Positions 28,444-38,202 of a stretch of 64,000 nucleotides of DNA are shown here, piece after piece. The notes under the pieces are model-generated. The model saw nothing but the letters and a program-made list of their open reading frames with translations. It made no database searches and was not told the DNA's origin. Position numbers and translations under genes: made by a program. Position 1 is the first letter of the stretch. Every line of letters begins with the position of its first letter. This DNA is from a virus: the IMG/VR virus record IMGVR_UViG_3300030106_006452, positions 1-64,000 of that record, one strand, 5' to 3'.

Positions 28444-29013
28444 TTACCTAGTTCGAACGCGGGCGTCGACGGGTCTACCATTAGGGATGGACAGAGTAGC
28501 GTAATCGTACATAATAGTAAGCTGAACGTTTACAATGTCATCGCTATCATAACTGACAGTGCCAAAATCTGCTTGAGAAACAAAAGCATTGTGCATTGTC
28601 CATTGTTCAATTGGAAAACCCTCTGCGTCGATTTGAGTTAGTCTTGGTTGCCCAAGAGCATCTAAAGCTTTTCTCTTAGAAATTGATTCTTCTAGACTTC
28701 CAGCAAAAGGGGCATCTGTAGGAACAGAGTAACCAGATAGGGCTAACATATTATATAGTGCTGCTCCAGCGTCGTCGGCGCCGCCTGGGTCAACGACAGT
28801 TACAGTTACATCTTGCCATACTACGCGTCCAGGGTATTTAAATGCGTGCTGAATATATTTAATCTGCGGTCCTCCCTCCATCTGAAAAGTAGGTTTTTTA
28901 ACCTCTTTTACGTAATAAGATTGCAGCGATTGCGCAGCGCTCGTTGCCGGCAGGGAAAATAAAAATCTAAAAGATCTTTTCGGATCAGTTGTTGGGTCTG
29001 CGTAAAATGCCAT
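28444..29013 (-). CDS. tail tube protein (gp19-like)
   Basis: PKRSFRF, YPGRVVWQDVTVTVVDP, IEQWTMHNAF, FGTVSYDSDD, MYDYA; follows sheath. Confidence 0.85.
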   Translation of the reverse strand: MAFYADPTTDPKRSFRFLFSLPATSAAQSLQSYYVKEVKKPTFQMEGGPQIKYIQHAFKYPGRVVWQDVTVTVVDPGGADDAGAALYNMLALSGYSVPTDAPFAGSLEESISKRKALDALGQPRLTQIDAEGFPIEQWTMHNAFVSQADFGTVSYDSDDIVNVQLTIMYDYATLSIPNGRPVDARVRTR

Positions 29014-29032
29014 TTAATGTTTCTCCTTTTTA

Positions 29033-29039
29033 TAATTAG
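29033..29039 (-). promoter_or_regulatory. putative late promoter motif CTAATTA
   Basis: Upstream of the tube gene and its AGGAG SD. Confidence 0.6.
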
Positions 29040-29052
29040 TCAGCACTATAAA

Positions 29053-32000
29053 TTAATCCTCAAAAGAAGCGCCTGAGTCGGTAATTACGAAGTCGACCGC
29101 AATAAACTCAATTGCTCTCGCTGGTTTCAAAAAGATTTGAGCGTACATAATGTTTCTGTCAATCAAATCTGGTGTGGTGGTTGTCTCATCCAATACAAGC
29201 CTAAAATCTGTTAACCCAAGACCAGTTTTTACAGATTGCAAGAACGGTTCAACTTGACCACGGAAACGATTCCAAGTTGTTTGTACATTTTGATCAAACA
29301 ATAAGGTCGCAGCAATTTGTGAAATTCTTTTCTTTAAGAAGATTAATAGTCTTCTTACGTTAATTCTATCCAGAGCAGATGGGGTAACTTGTAAGGTCTT
29401 CTGGCCGAAGATTACGATACCCTCTGCTGGGAATTGAGCAATCGGATTGATATTTGCTTCGTAAAGCTTATCACGATCCTTTGATATCAGCCTTTCACGA
29501 ACACCAATAACTGGAATACCTGCTGCGTTGTTAACAGAAAGCCCGCCGCGAGTGAACCCTGCTGGTGCAAACCAAAGCTCCTGTGTGGCCTGACCGTAGG
29601 ACATCGCACCTAAAGCCGCAACAGAAGGTGGAGCCCAAATGATAGATCCTTGAATAGTATCTTGAATTTGCACCCAAGGATAGTAAGCACATCCAAAGCT
29701 TGAGTTAATTTGTAAACTTTGACGTTTATTGTTTATTGTGTTCTGCACAGAGCCGATTCTATTTTGAACACTTTGAGTATTCTCAGTCTCTGGCACATAG
29801 CCACCTTGGAGGTCGACGATAGCCAAAGCATCGCCGCGGTTTTCACACATGTCAATCAAATTTCTGTTGAGTGTGTTGTTAGTTATACCCGGCATTGCAG
29901 CCAAGTCAAACTCTACAAACTCAGGATCTCTTAGAACGTCAATCGCGACTTTAAGAGAGTTGAAAGCATAACTAGTACGTTCGTTTTTATCTGTTAAACC
30001 AGTGTTTCTAAATGGTTCAGCCTCAGTAATATCTAAGCCATCGAACCCACCGTGAAGAACAGTGGTGAATCTGTCAGCGCCGAGATCAAGAATCTCTCGG
30101 TAGCTACCGTTTGAAACAGGAGTCTCTCTAATATAAGTCATGCCTTCTCGGGCTTCTTCACTATGTCTTGATCCAGACTTGTATACTAATGCTCCAGAAA
30201 GTGCAACGTTGCCGTCTGCTTGAGCGACACACATATCATCCAAAGAGAAAACATACATATGCTCTGTTTGAGCGCTACCAGCCGTAGTTAAGACATCCAT
30301 ATTTACGCCTGCAGGCTTCGGACCTGTGTATGCGCCAATCGTATGAGATGGGCGCCCACTCAAATTGAAAGTAGAATCAACACCGTAGTATACAGCAGTT
30401 GGATCAGTTGGATCTCCCTCTGAGGAAGAAACTCTTAATCTTAATTTCGGGAACTGGAATCGTGCGTTATAACCAGTGCCATTAGCACCACCAGCGAATG
30501 AGCCGCTGACTGATCCACCACCTAATATTGTTGTGTTTGCTAAACCAGAAGTGCTGTACGTCTTATTACCAGCGGTACCTTTAGTTACGTTTGTTATTGT
30601 CAATACACCGCCGCCGCCATCTACCACGGTGAATCTACCAGTTCCGTGACCGTTGGCATTATCTATAGCGTCTTTTAATGTTGAAGCAGCAGTGGCAACG
30701 CCATTGTTGTGATCAAAAGTTAAGGCCGAGGGTGTTGCCGAGGACTTGCCGGTGTAAGTTCTACTCGTCCCATCAGCAGAGACTAGTGTTATCGTAGAGT
30801 TAAGACCCGGATCTCCAGAGAATGTTAATGTGACGCTTGCTGCAGCATCTGGGCCACCGCTAGAAGCTGATACGTATTGACCTTGCGGTTGGAACTCGGC
30901 GCCGTTGTAGAAGTCTGCGCCGCCTGTTACTAATGTGTTAACGCTAGTATCAGCAGCATTGAAAGGTAAGAACCTTGGAGGACCAAACACACCGAACGGA
31001 AGAAGTTCTGGGTTTGCTTTACCTTCGCGTACACTATCGTCCACTACAACATAAACGTAGTCAGACTGGTTTACAAAGTCGCCATACTCTCTATATCTTC
31101 GCTCTGTGTCATCCCACTCAAGGAATTTATCACCAACCTTTCTACCGATATAATTTTCAGAAGATGGGTTAAGATTGCAATTGTTAAATTGCTCTAAGAA
31201 TTTTGGACGATTATCTGTGTCGTCCATAACTCTAACCTGTACAGAGAAAGAGCCGTAAGCATTAGCAGGGTCGCTAGATGCGCGAATATCAGAGATAGAA
31301 ATCTTAATATTTTTTGAAGCCCATCGTCCAGTGTTTCTTGCGCGGAATTTGAAAAGCTTTTCCATATTGCTAGCACGATAAGATCCACTATTGTTAGTTA
31401 AATCTTGGCCAATGAAGTCTCCTGTAGCTGGATCTGCATAATCACGTCTAAAGTCGCCACCATTCGCACTGTCTCCATTATATAATGGTAAAACTACGCC
31501 ATAGTGAGCAGAGCTGCTACCAGCTTGAAGCCTTTCATTGACCTCATCTTCAAACGTTTCGCCAAGCCAATATGTTCTAAAAGAATTATTACTACTAGCA
31601 TTTGAAGTTATCGCTTTGTTTGTGAGTGTTGGATTCGTATTAAAAACTTTACGAATAAAATCTTCTGAACTATTATCAAAATTAAACTTGCTATCTATTT
31701 CAATGGAATTAGATTCACCAGAGATAACAACTTTAAAAGTACCAGCCTCGCCATTTGATGAGGCAAAGTATTGATTAGTTCCTTTTTGACCAGTAGTTCT
31801 GGCGCCAGATGCTCCAAGGTCGCCTTCGCTAGCGGAAACAACGGTTCCACTTAAAGCCACCGAACCGGTGGTTACATACCAGATAGCAGCAAGAGTACCA
31901 GTATTATTTGTTGTTACGGTTGCTTCCGAGGCAACCGTTCCAGATTGAAACACAAAAAGGCCATATGCGCCACCAATGCTTGTGCCTAAGTTTTTTGAAG

Positions 32001-32391
32001 GTGCTACTAAATTACCTGCTGGGTTTTTAAGTTCCCATCCAGCTTCACCTTGACCTTCTGCAGCATTTAAATTCTGTTGGCCAACTAATCGAACGAAAGT
32101 TACTGGAGAATTATTCTTAAGCCAAGCCTGAGCTGCATATGCACCGTAAGTAGGTCCAGTGATTTGACCATCTCGTGATACATCGGCTACAGTGGCGCCA
32201 GGAACAGGTGAGCCAAAAACTTCTACGAATTCTTGAAATGAGTTAATTCTCGTTGGCACCAAAGCAGGGCCTTGTTTTGCTCTACCGATGATAGCAGGTC
32301 CAATGCCTCCGGGTGCTGCGGGTAACTGAGAGTTGTCAATCTCGTTAATAAAAACCCCAGGTGAAATGAACTTAAAGTCTTTTGCTGGCAT
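29053..32391 (-). CDS. tail sheath protein (gp18-like)
   Basis: FISPGVFINEIDNS, YYPWV, WFAPAGFTRG, INPIAQF, FGQKTL, INVRRLL, PARAIEFI. Confidence 0.95.
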   Translation of the reverse strand: MPAKDFKFISPGVFINEIDNSQLPAAPGGIGPAIIGRAKQGPALVPTRINSFQEFVEVFGSPVPGATVADVSRDGQITGPTYGAYAAQAWLKNNSPVTFVRLVGQQNLNAAEGQGEAGWELKNPAGNLVAPSKNLGTSIGGAYGLFVFQSGTVASEATVTTNNTGTLAAIWYVTTGSVALSGTVVSASEGDLGASGARTTGQKGTNQYFASSNGEAGTFKVVISGESNSIEIDSKFNFDNSSEDFIRKVFNTNPTLTNKAITSNASSNNSFRTYWLGETFEDEVNERLQAGSSSAHYGVVLPLYNGDSANGGDFRRDYADPATGDFIGQDLTNNSGSYRASNMEKLFKFRARNTGRWASKNIKISISDIRASSDPANAYGSFSVQVRVMDDTDNRPKFLEQFNNCNLNPSSENYIGRKVGDKFLEWDDTERRYREYGDFVNQSDYVYVVVDDSVREGKANPELLPFGVFGPPRFLPFNAADTSVNTLVTGGADFYNGAEFQPQGQYVSASSGGPDAAASVTLTFSGDPGLNSTITLVSADGTSRTYTGKSSATPSALTFDHNNGVATAASTLKDAIDNANGHGTGRFTVVDGGGGVLTITNVTKGTAGNKTYSTSGLANTTILGGGSVSGSFAGGANGTGYNARFQFPKLRLRVSSSEGDPTDPTAVYYGVDSTFNLSGRPSHTIGAYTGPKPAGVNMDVLTTAGSAQTEHMYVFSLDDMCVAQADGNVALSGALVYKSGSRHSEEAREGMTYIRETPVSNGSYREILDLGADRFTTVLHGGFDGLDITEAEPFRNTGLTDKNERTSYAFNSLKVAIDVLRDPEFVEFDLAAMPGITNNTLNRNLIDMCENRGDALAIVDLQGGYVPETENTQSVQNRIGSVQNTINNKRQSLQINSSFGCAYYPWVQIQDTIQGSIIWAPPSVAALGAMSYGQATQELWFAPAGFTRGGLSVNNAAGIPVIGVRERLISKDRDKLYEANINPIAQFPAEGIVIFGQKTLQVTPSALDRINVRRLLIFLKKRISQIAATLLFDQNVQTTWNRFRGQVEPFLQSVKTGLGLTDFRLVLDETTTTPDLIDRNIMYAQIFLKPARAIEFIAVDFVITDSGASFED

Positions 32392-32438
32392 ATTATAATT
32401 CTCCTTTTACTGAAACGTGAATGTATTTGTTTCTTTAT

Positions 32439-32445
32439 TAATTAG
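32439..32445 (-). promoter_or_regulatory. putative late promoter motif CTAATTA
   Basis: Upstream of sheath. Confidence 0.6.
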
Positions 32446-32473
32446 TGAGTTAAGAGCGCAAAAACCATTTTGT

Positions 32474-33376
32474 TTACTCTATGTATTTTGATTTTCCATC
32501 ACCATAGTCAGGAATATCCCCCAAGATCACTCGCTCTCTCGGAATTTTAACCTCTACTGAACTTTCTCTTCGTATTATCTTTGGCCTCTCTCCGTTTGGA
32601 TCTTCACCTATTAAGTAGCCTAACACTTCAAACGATACTTTTGTTGAGTACATTCTTTCATCAGTGCCTAAACTTGAAATATTATTTCCCAAAGACAGCC
32701 CCTCTTGTAAAAATGTTTCATATCTATGACCATTTTTCTTAATCACAAAATAACTTATGGAAGATCCGAGGGTAATAAAAGGTGCCAGTAAATCATTCAT
32801 TTGCTGAACATATTCAGTTCGAACAGTAACTTCGTAATTCATAGACACGTAAACTGGTAATGGTATACTGAGTGTCTCATATACAACTTTTTCATTTTTC
32901 TTTTTAGGAAAATATGCTTGTCTTTTTGGAACTTTGTTTACAGACCCTCCATACTTCTTAATATTGTCCGCTACTGCAAAATTGTTTGTTTTATTCCTAA
33001 CTATTTTTTTAGACAAAGTAATTCTACCGAACCTATCTGCTTCAGGAAAATTACCACTTAGCCCATAATATTTGCCTTTTCTTGTTTTTCCTTTATTCAT
33101 CGATGTTCTTTCTATGCTTATGATTGGAAGATTGAGCGTTCCGTCATCGTCTCTTAAGTCTTTGTTATTTTTAGATAAAAATGATCTCTCGGCGCTTGCC
33201 CAAACTACAGGCACTTTATTCCAACCCTCGTTATCAGTAGCACGATTGTTCATTTTGTCATTAACAAAATCAAAGAAAGCAAAGTCAATGTTTTCTAGAG
33301 TCGATGGTTGTATTTCCTCAACACTTACATTTTTTTCAGCATCTTCTGCGCCTCTATATTGATTATTACTTGGCAT
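32474..33376 (-). CDS. tail terminator / sheath stabiliser (gp15-like)
   Basis: KVPVVWASAER, LPIISIERTS, PVYVSMNYEV..QQMNDL; start reassigned to ATG 33376. Confidence 0.65.
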   Translation of the reverse strand: MPSNNQYRGAEDAEKNVSVEEIQPSTLENIDFAFFDFVNDKMNNRATDNEGWNKVPVVWASAERSFLSKNNKDLRDDDGTLNLPIISIERTSMNKGKTRKGKYYGLSGNFPEADRFGRITLSKKIVRNKTNNFAVADNIKKYGGSVNKVPKRQAYFPKKKNEKVVYETLSIPLPVYVSMNYEVTVRTEYVQQMNDLLAPFITLGSSISYFVIKKNGHRYETFLQEGLSLGNNISSLGTDERMYSTKVSFEVLGYLIGEDPNGERPKIIRRESSVEVKIPRERVILGDIPDYGDGKSKYIE

Positions 33377-33860
33377 TAAATAATCCCTTACGTGCCTTAA
33401 TGCACTTTGCTTCAATCTCTATTTTGTGTTCTACTTGGCCAAATATTTGCTTTGGTTCGTTTAATTGAACTATCTCGTAAAAGGTATCTCCATATTTTAC
33501 AAAGTCACCTTCTCTGACAAATAAATTCTGATCTTCTGTTAATCTTCTTTTGTGAAAATGCACAATAATAGATGGCCTACGATCTATTCCTAAATTTGTT
33601 GTTTCTGTTGTAAACCCCTCCCACATAATTAAAGCATAAACCCTAATTGGTGGCAGGTATGTTTTTTCCACTGCTTCGCCATACATTGGATGAAAATTTG
33701 TATGTTCCATACTGATAGGATAATAAAATATACCCTGTCCAATGACGCGTTCAACAAGCTCATCGTTCACTTGCTTTACAAAGTCTCTCTCCTTCTTTCC
33801 CAAAAATAAAGGAGGAGGTGGTGCATCTGGCTGTGTCCATTTGTTTTCATCATCAGACAT
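33366..33860 (-). CDS. neck / head-closure protein (gp14-like)
   Basis: IGQGIFYY...MYGE...EGDFV; sits between gp13-like and gp15-like genes. Confidence 0.6.
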   Translation of the reverse strand: MSDDENKWTQPDAPPPPLFLGKKERDFVKQVNDELVERVIGQGIFYYPISMEHTNFHPMYGEAVEKTYLPPIRVYALIMWEGFTTETTNLGIDRRPSIIVHFHKRRLTEDQNLFVREGDFVKYGDTFYEIVQLNEPKQIFGQVEHKIEIEAKCIKARKGLFNAK

Positions 33861-33864
33861 TCAT

Positions 33865-35109
33865 CTACCCCACAAAAATCCGCATTGGAATTCTTTCTTG
33901 AACTTTGTTTACTGCATCAGATAATTCAACATCCCCTACAGCAATTTTTGCATATGTAAGTTCATCGAATATTGTTTTTAATTCCTCTCTTAATTTTTCT
34001 TGTTCTGTTTGGCCTTGTGAAATAAGCGCTGGTCCATCAAGAGTCACACTATCACCAGGAATAGGTATGCTGCTTATTTTAGAACGAATATTTCCTAAAG
34101 TTTCTTTCGAAAGGGCCAAAGCAAATCTTCTAATCCATTGTTTACCAATCGAATTAATAGACTCATAAGGAGTATTTTCAAAAGGTAAAGTATTAATATT
34201 GTTAATCCCATTAACACCGTTATCAGTTGAATCATCCTCTTTCCAGGGAGTATCTGAATCAACAAAAAATTCTATATACATCTTTATTGGACTTACGGAT
34301 ACTGTTTGTGGAAATATTCTTAACTTATTATTTTTAATTTCAAAACTATAATGACTATTTCTCGTATATATGGCATCTTCAAAAGCCATTGCCTGTGCTT
34401 TGTTTTGCCAAGTTGGAACTAACTGAAATGTGCTATCGTCTGCATATTGGCCATAGCTAGCCAAATCGCCAACTGTGTTTAGGCCACCGTAGTAGCCATA
34501 AAATCTCCACATAGCTTGGGGCGTTCTATAATAAACTTTTGTCACATTAATTCTCTTATCTCCAACAATTCCGCTAAAATCAGCAGAAGAAGAAATAATT
34601 GCTTGCAAGTCGTAATCCTGTTGCTTATCAACTGTTTGAAAAGAAGCTGAATGTATAGGTGTAACCCCGCCGAGTCCAGCTTCAGTTGAATAACCATGCC
34701 CTACTCTTCTAGCATATTCGAACTTAAACTTGGGGAATTTTAGAGCTACATCTTCAAGATCGGTGTTATCTTGTAGTTGGCCCTCTTCATTAAAAGAACC
34801 GGTTTTTGCGCCCAAAAGATCGCCAATTGAGTTCTTTGCTTGGTGAATGTTTAGAAGATAAGAATATTCTAAAACTGATTCTTGATAGGCTGAAAATACC
34901 TGTTCCTTGGTTAATTCTATATCGAGGACATCACCACCTAATTTATGAAAGGTATAAGCAACTTGATCTGCAGCACCAGAAAGAAAAAATTGATTATCAG
35001 TGTATACACTAAAAGGAAATTCTGCATTGTTCGCTGCAGCCGGATTGCTACCAGTAGGCAATATAACTTTGCTCATCTGTGAAACTGGTGTTAGTGTGGG
35101 TTCAGACAT
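33865..35109 (-). CDS. neck protein (gp13-like)
   Basis: KLGGDVLDIELT, WIRRFALALSKETLG.IRSK, VTLDGPAL. Confidence 0.75.
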   Translation of the reverse strand: MSEPTLTPVSQMSKVILPTGSNPAAANNAEFPFSVYTDNQFFLSGAADQVAYTFHKLGGDVLDIELTKEQVFSAYQESVLEYSYLLNIHQAKNSIGDLLGAKTGSFNEEGQLQDNTDLEDVALKFPKFKFEYARRVGHGYSTEAGLGGVTPIHSASFQTVDKQQDYDLQAIISSSADFSGIVGDKRINVTKVYYRTPQAMWRFYGYYGGLNTVGDLASYGQYADDSTFQLVPTWQNKAQAMAFEDAIYTRNSHYSFEIKNNKLRIFPQTVSVSPIKMYIEFFVDSDTPWKEDDSTDNGVNGINNINTLPFENTPYESINSIGKQWIRRFALALSKETLGNIRSKISSIPIPGDSVTLDGPALISQGQTEQEKLREELKTIFDELTYAKIAVGDVELSDAVNKVQERIPMRIFVG

Positions 35110-35127
35110 TTATGGTTCTCCTCCCTA

Positions 35128-35134
35128 TAAATAG
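35128..35134 (-). promoter_or_regulatory. putative late promoter motif CTATTTA
   Basis: Upstream of the GGAGGAG SD of the neck gene. Confidence 0.6.
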
Positions 35135-35145
35135 TAGGAGAAGGT

Positions 35146-35559
35146 CTAAATAACTTGATCGTTTGTTTGTTTAGTTTTTTTGGTCTTATAAGAACTAGTT
35201 CTTTTGGTTTTGGTTTTAGTTTTGGTAGTTTTTGCTGTAGCTGTGGTTTTAGGCTTAGTGGTTTTAATTTTTGTAGATTTTGGTTTTACTACTTTTGCCT
35301 CTTTCTTATTAATTTCTGGAGTGACATTTGTTTGAACATTTGTTTTTTTAATCTCAATGGTCGGCTCTTTAGTCTGTAAGACTACGGGAGGTTTGGCCGC
35401 GGTTTCTAATTTATTTACAACAGGCTTAACTTCCTTTTTTTCTTTTACCACCTCGACAATTGTTTCCTCTTCCGTGTGTAGTTTTTTAAACATCGGATGG
35501 CTAGAATGTTTGTGAAAAAATTTACCACTCTTTTTAATTAGTCTTCTTTTTTTACCCAT
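35146..35559 (-). CDS. Lys/Thr-rich basic protein
   Basis: AGGAG SD; low-complexity KTTKPKTTATAKTTKTKTKTK tail. Confidence 0.7.
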   Translation of the reverse strand: MGKKRRLIKKSGKFFHKHSSHPMFKKLHTEEETIVEVVKEKKEVKPVVNKLETAAKPPVVLQTKEPTIEIKKTNVQTNVTPEINKKEAKVVKPKSTKIKTTKPKTTATAKTTKTKTKTKRTSSYKTKKTKQTNDQVI

Positions 35560-35579
35560 AATAAAACTCCTGTTTTAAA

Positions 35580-35586
35580 TAAATAG
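35580..35586 (-). promoter_or_regulatory. putative late promoter motif CTATTTA
   Basis: Lies just downstream of a terminator, so re-initiation is needed here. Confidence 0.65.
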
Positions 35587-35598
35587 TTGTTTTCATAT

Positions 35599-35625
35599 AA
35601 AAAAACCCCCTCCAAAAGAAGGGGG
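35599..35625 (-). terminator. Rho-independent terminator
   Basis: CCCCCTTC-TTTT-GGAGGGGG followed by a T-tract. Confidence 0.85.
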
Positions 35626-35660
35626 CAACTGTTGAACAACAATTTGAAAAAAATTATATA

Positions 35661-36272
35661 TCAGACAGTAGAGAAAGCAAACGCAGCGTTACCAGTGCCA
35701 AGTGGTACACACTCTACTTCAATATACCACTCTCCAGCAGCCACACATTCACAAGTAATACGCGAGCCGGCTCCAAAAGCTGAGTTAGTTGCGGCTCCAG
35801 TGATTACTAAGCGATTATTTGCTTCTGCTGGTCTTGTGATTGTACCAGCGGAAGAAGCGTGACCAATAACGTAAGAGTTTGCGCTAAATGTATTTCCAGT
35901 GTTTGCGTTAATTGTTAAAACGCCAGAAGCTACAAGTGCCGCTCCTTGGACTATTACAATTTTAGTACCAACGTCTGCAGCCGCCATATTAGTTGGTAGA
36001 TTTAATGACTTTGCGAGACCATCAGCAAGGCATTTGAAAACCTTGCCGTGGTCTTCTCTTACGAAGTTTACTGCATTGGTATCATCAGCCAAATCTGAAC
36101 CAGCAGTCGCATTCATTGTAGTCAGCTGACATTGTGAGCCGGCTGCAATAGCACCAGTGGTTTCAATGCCACCAGTCATCCCTGTGAAGCTTAAGCTTCC
36201 AACGTTTAATTGTCTTTTTAAATTTTCTATTAGTGCTTGCGTTCTTGCAAGACCTATTCTTTTTGAACCCAT
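35661..36272 (-). CDS. putative capsid decoration / head fibre protein
   Basis: Directly after the capsid gene; Gly/Ala/Thr-rich beta-type body; own late motif and terminator. Confidence 0.5.
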   Translation of the reverse strand: MGSKRIGLARTQALIENLKRQLNVGSLSFTGMTGGIETTGAIAAGSQCQLTTMNATAGSDLADDTNAVNFVREDHGKVFKCLADGLAKSLNLPTNMAAADVGTKIVIVQGAALVASGVLTINANTGNTFSANSYVIGHASSAGTITRPAEANNRLVITGAATNSAFGAGSRITCECVAAGEWYIEVECVPLGTGNAAFAFSTV

Positions 36273-36331
36273 TATTTAAAACCCTCCCTTGGCTTTTGCC
36301 ATTTATAATCATGTCAGAAACATGGGTATAG

Positions 36332-36338
36332 TAACTAG
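36332..36338 (-). promoter_or_regulatory. putative late promoter motif CTAGTTA
   Basis: Just downstream of the capsid-gene terminator. Confidence 0.55.
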
Positions 36339-36345
36339 TTTGGCC

Positions 36346-36386
36346 AAAAAACAAAAGACCCCATGCCTCAAAAGAAACACGGGGTC
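36346..36386 (-). terminator. Rho-independent terminator after major capsid gene
   Basis: GACCCCGTGTTTC-TTTT-GAGGCATGGGGTC followed by TTTTGTTTTTT. Confidence 0.85.
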
Positions 36387-36421
36387 GGATTTGTTTTAAA
36401 CTATTTTAGTCTAAGTTAAGC

Positions 36422-38179
36422 TTACGCTGTTGCGCCTGCCTCACCTAAGAGTCCGCGACAAATGACTAGACCGTACATATCTGGTCGAACCATCTTCTTC
36501 GCGTAGCGAGTCATAACACCCTTACGTGGTACGAAGTCTTCCACACCGAAGATGGTAGGAGTGACCTGTAGTGGCACGTATGGAGCGTATACATAACCGC
36601 TCTCTAGGAAGGAACCACCCTTACGTCCAACGAGGATAAGGTTACGTGGGAAATAAGGATCAACGTATACGTCATAACGCTTGCTCAGGGTACCAACTTG
36701 GTGAGTACCAGCAGTACCAGTAGCATCGTCATGGGTTACGTTAGCGCGGAAACCGGCCGTGAACTCAAGAATGTTAGCAACCTCTGGGGAAGTAACAAGG
36801 AAGTTCGCGCCGCCACGAAGAGTCTTACGGTGAATCTGTGCCGAAACGTCATTAATTGTCTCGCCAAGAGTCTCGTACCACTCAGAAACAGTACCAGTGA
36901 AATCTGGAGCAGCAGAGCTAGCACCAATCTCTTTACCGGTAGTTCTTTCAACAAACAAGCCTGGGCTACGTGACCAGTAGTAAGTACCTGCACTAGCACC
37001 TTTTACGAGGTCCTCTACGATCTCACGGTCGATCTCTAGAGCGATTTGCTCAGAGAGAATAGAAGTAAGCTCGACCTCTGCGTCAAGGTTGTGGTATGCA
37101 TTTAGGTCTTGACCTAATTCTGGTGTCCACTTTGCCTTGAGCTTTTTGGTCACTGCAGTTACTGACAGGGAATCGACCTTAAGGTTGATCTCTGGAATAT
37201 CTGACTCGCCCTCTAGAGCCCAAGTAGGCTGGCCAACAACTGCACCAGTAGCACCACCGGTAGTAAAGTCATCTTTTTCAGCGAATGTCAAATCGAGACT
37301 ACTACCTGAGAGCTGCTCTGCGGTAGCTGAGTCAGAAGCCATAACAACAAAAATCTGACCACTATCACGCGAACCAGAGAACTGAGTCAAACGACGAAGC
37401 TGTGTGCCCGTAGCTGATCCAGTAACAGTAATGCTAACTAGGTTGTCTACGTTAAGCTGTGGCATTGCAGTTTGTGTGACCTGGAATACGCAGTAGTTTG
37501 TAGTACCAGAAGTAAGCGCTGGGTCGAAACGTAGAATGGACTCAATAGTAGCTTTTCTATCGGTTTGAAGGATAGGAGCGTCGGCACCATTACCTGCAGT
37601 TGCTAGTGGAGTTCCACCAAAAGTACCGGACGCAAAAATCTTAAGATTTGCGCCGCTAGCTGTGTTACTGCCGGTTGGCGAAGAGTAGCCATTAGTTAGG
37701 TTGTAAAGCGAACCTGCGGAGGTTCCGAGGTCAGCATCTAAATCGACACCATCTGCGATGCCTTTACCAACCTTATTGGTACCATACACAGAATCACCTT
37801 TTGCAAAGTCTAAACGATTTTGGCTTGTGGAATCGGTTCCACCAAAAGTAAAGTCTAGGAAAAAGATAAGACCAGATGGAAGCGACATTGGCTGAACGCT
37901 AACAAGATCATTTGCAATAAGACCACCGAATACACGACGGACAATTGGGAAAGCAACAGCAGCGAAACCTTCTACGTCGCCGCCTGCCATTGACGAAGCA
38001 GCCTCTTTAAGAAGTTGCTTTGCTTGGTTTTCGAGAAGACGGGCCATGTTGTTCTTCTCTACATCAGTTTGAAGGCCCTCTAAAAGACCGGTCTGCTCCC
38101 ACTTATTGAGGAGTGCCGCACCTTCCTTACGCATGTCGCGGTCAACGACACCTTCTGTAAGTTTTTGTAAAATAGACAT
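36422..38179 (-). CDS. major capsid protein (gp23-like)
   Basis: LLENQ, PIVRRVF, VQPMSLPSGLIF, KLKAKWTPELGQDL, EIDREI, GYVYAPYVPL, GVMTRY. Confidence 0.95.
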   Translation of the reverse strand: MSILQKLTEGVVDRDMRKEGAALLNKWEQTGLLEGLQTDVEKNNMARLLENQAKQLLKEAASSMAGGDVEGFAAVAFPIVRRVFGGLIANDLVSVQPMSLPSGLIFFLDFTFGGTDSTSQNRLDFAKGDSVYGTNKVGKGIADGVDLDADLGTSAGSLYNLTNGYSSPTGSNTASGANLKIFASGTFGGTPLATAGNGADAPILQTDRKATIESILRFDPALTSGTTNYCVFQVTQTAMPQLNVDNLVSITVTGSATGTQLRRLTQFSGSRDSGQIFVVMASDSATAEQLSGSSLDLTFAEKDDFTTGGATGAVVGQPTWALEGESDIPEINLKVDSLSVTAVTKKLKAKWTPELGQDLNAYHNLDAEVELTSILSEQIALEIDREIVEDLVKGASAGTYYWSRSPGLFVERTTGKEIGASSAAPDFTGTVSEWYETLGETINDVSAQIHRKTLRGGANFLVTSPEVANILEFTAGFRANVTHDDATGTAGTHQVGTLSKRYDVYVDPYFPRNLILVGRKGGSFLESGYVYAPYVPLQVTPTIFGVEDFVPRKGVMTRYAKKMVRPDMYGLVICRGLLGEAGATA

Positions 38180-38202
38180 TTATTTAATCTCCTTTGTTTA
38201 TT

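Noticed and set aside
35126-35133. Exact T4 late promoter TATAAATA on the plus strand
   Set aside because: Points away from all genes; it is the reverse complement of the minus-strand CTATTTA motif, whose other copies do not fit TATAAATA
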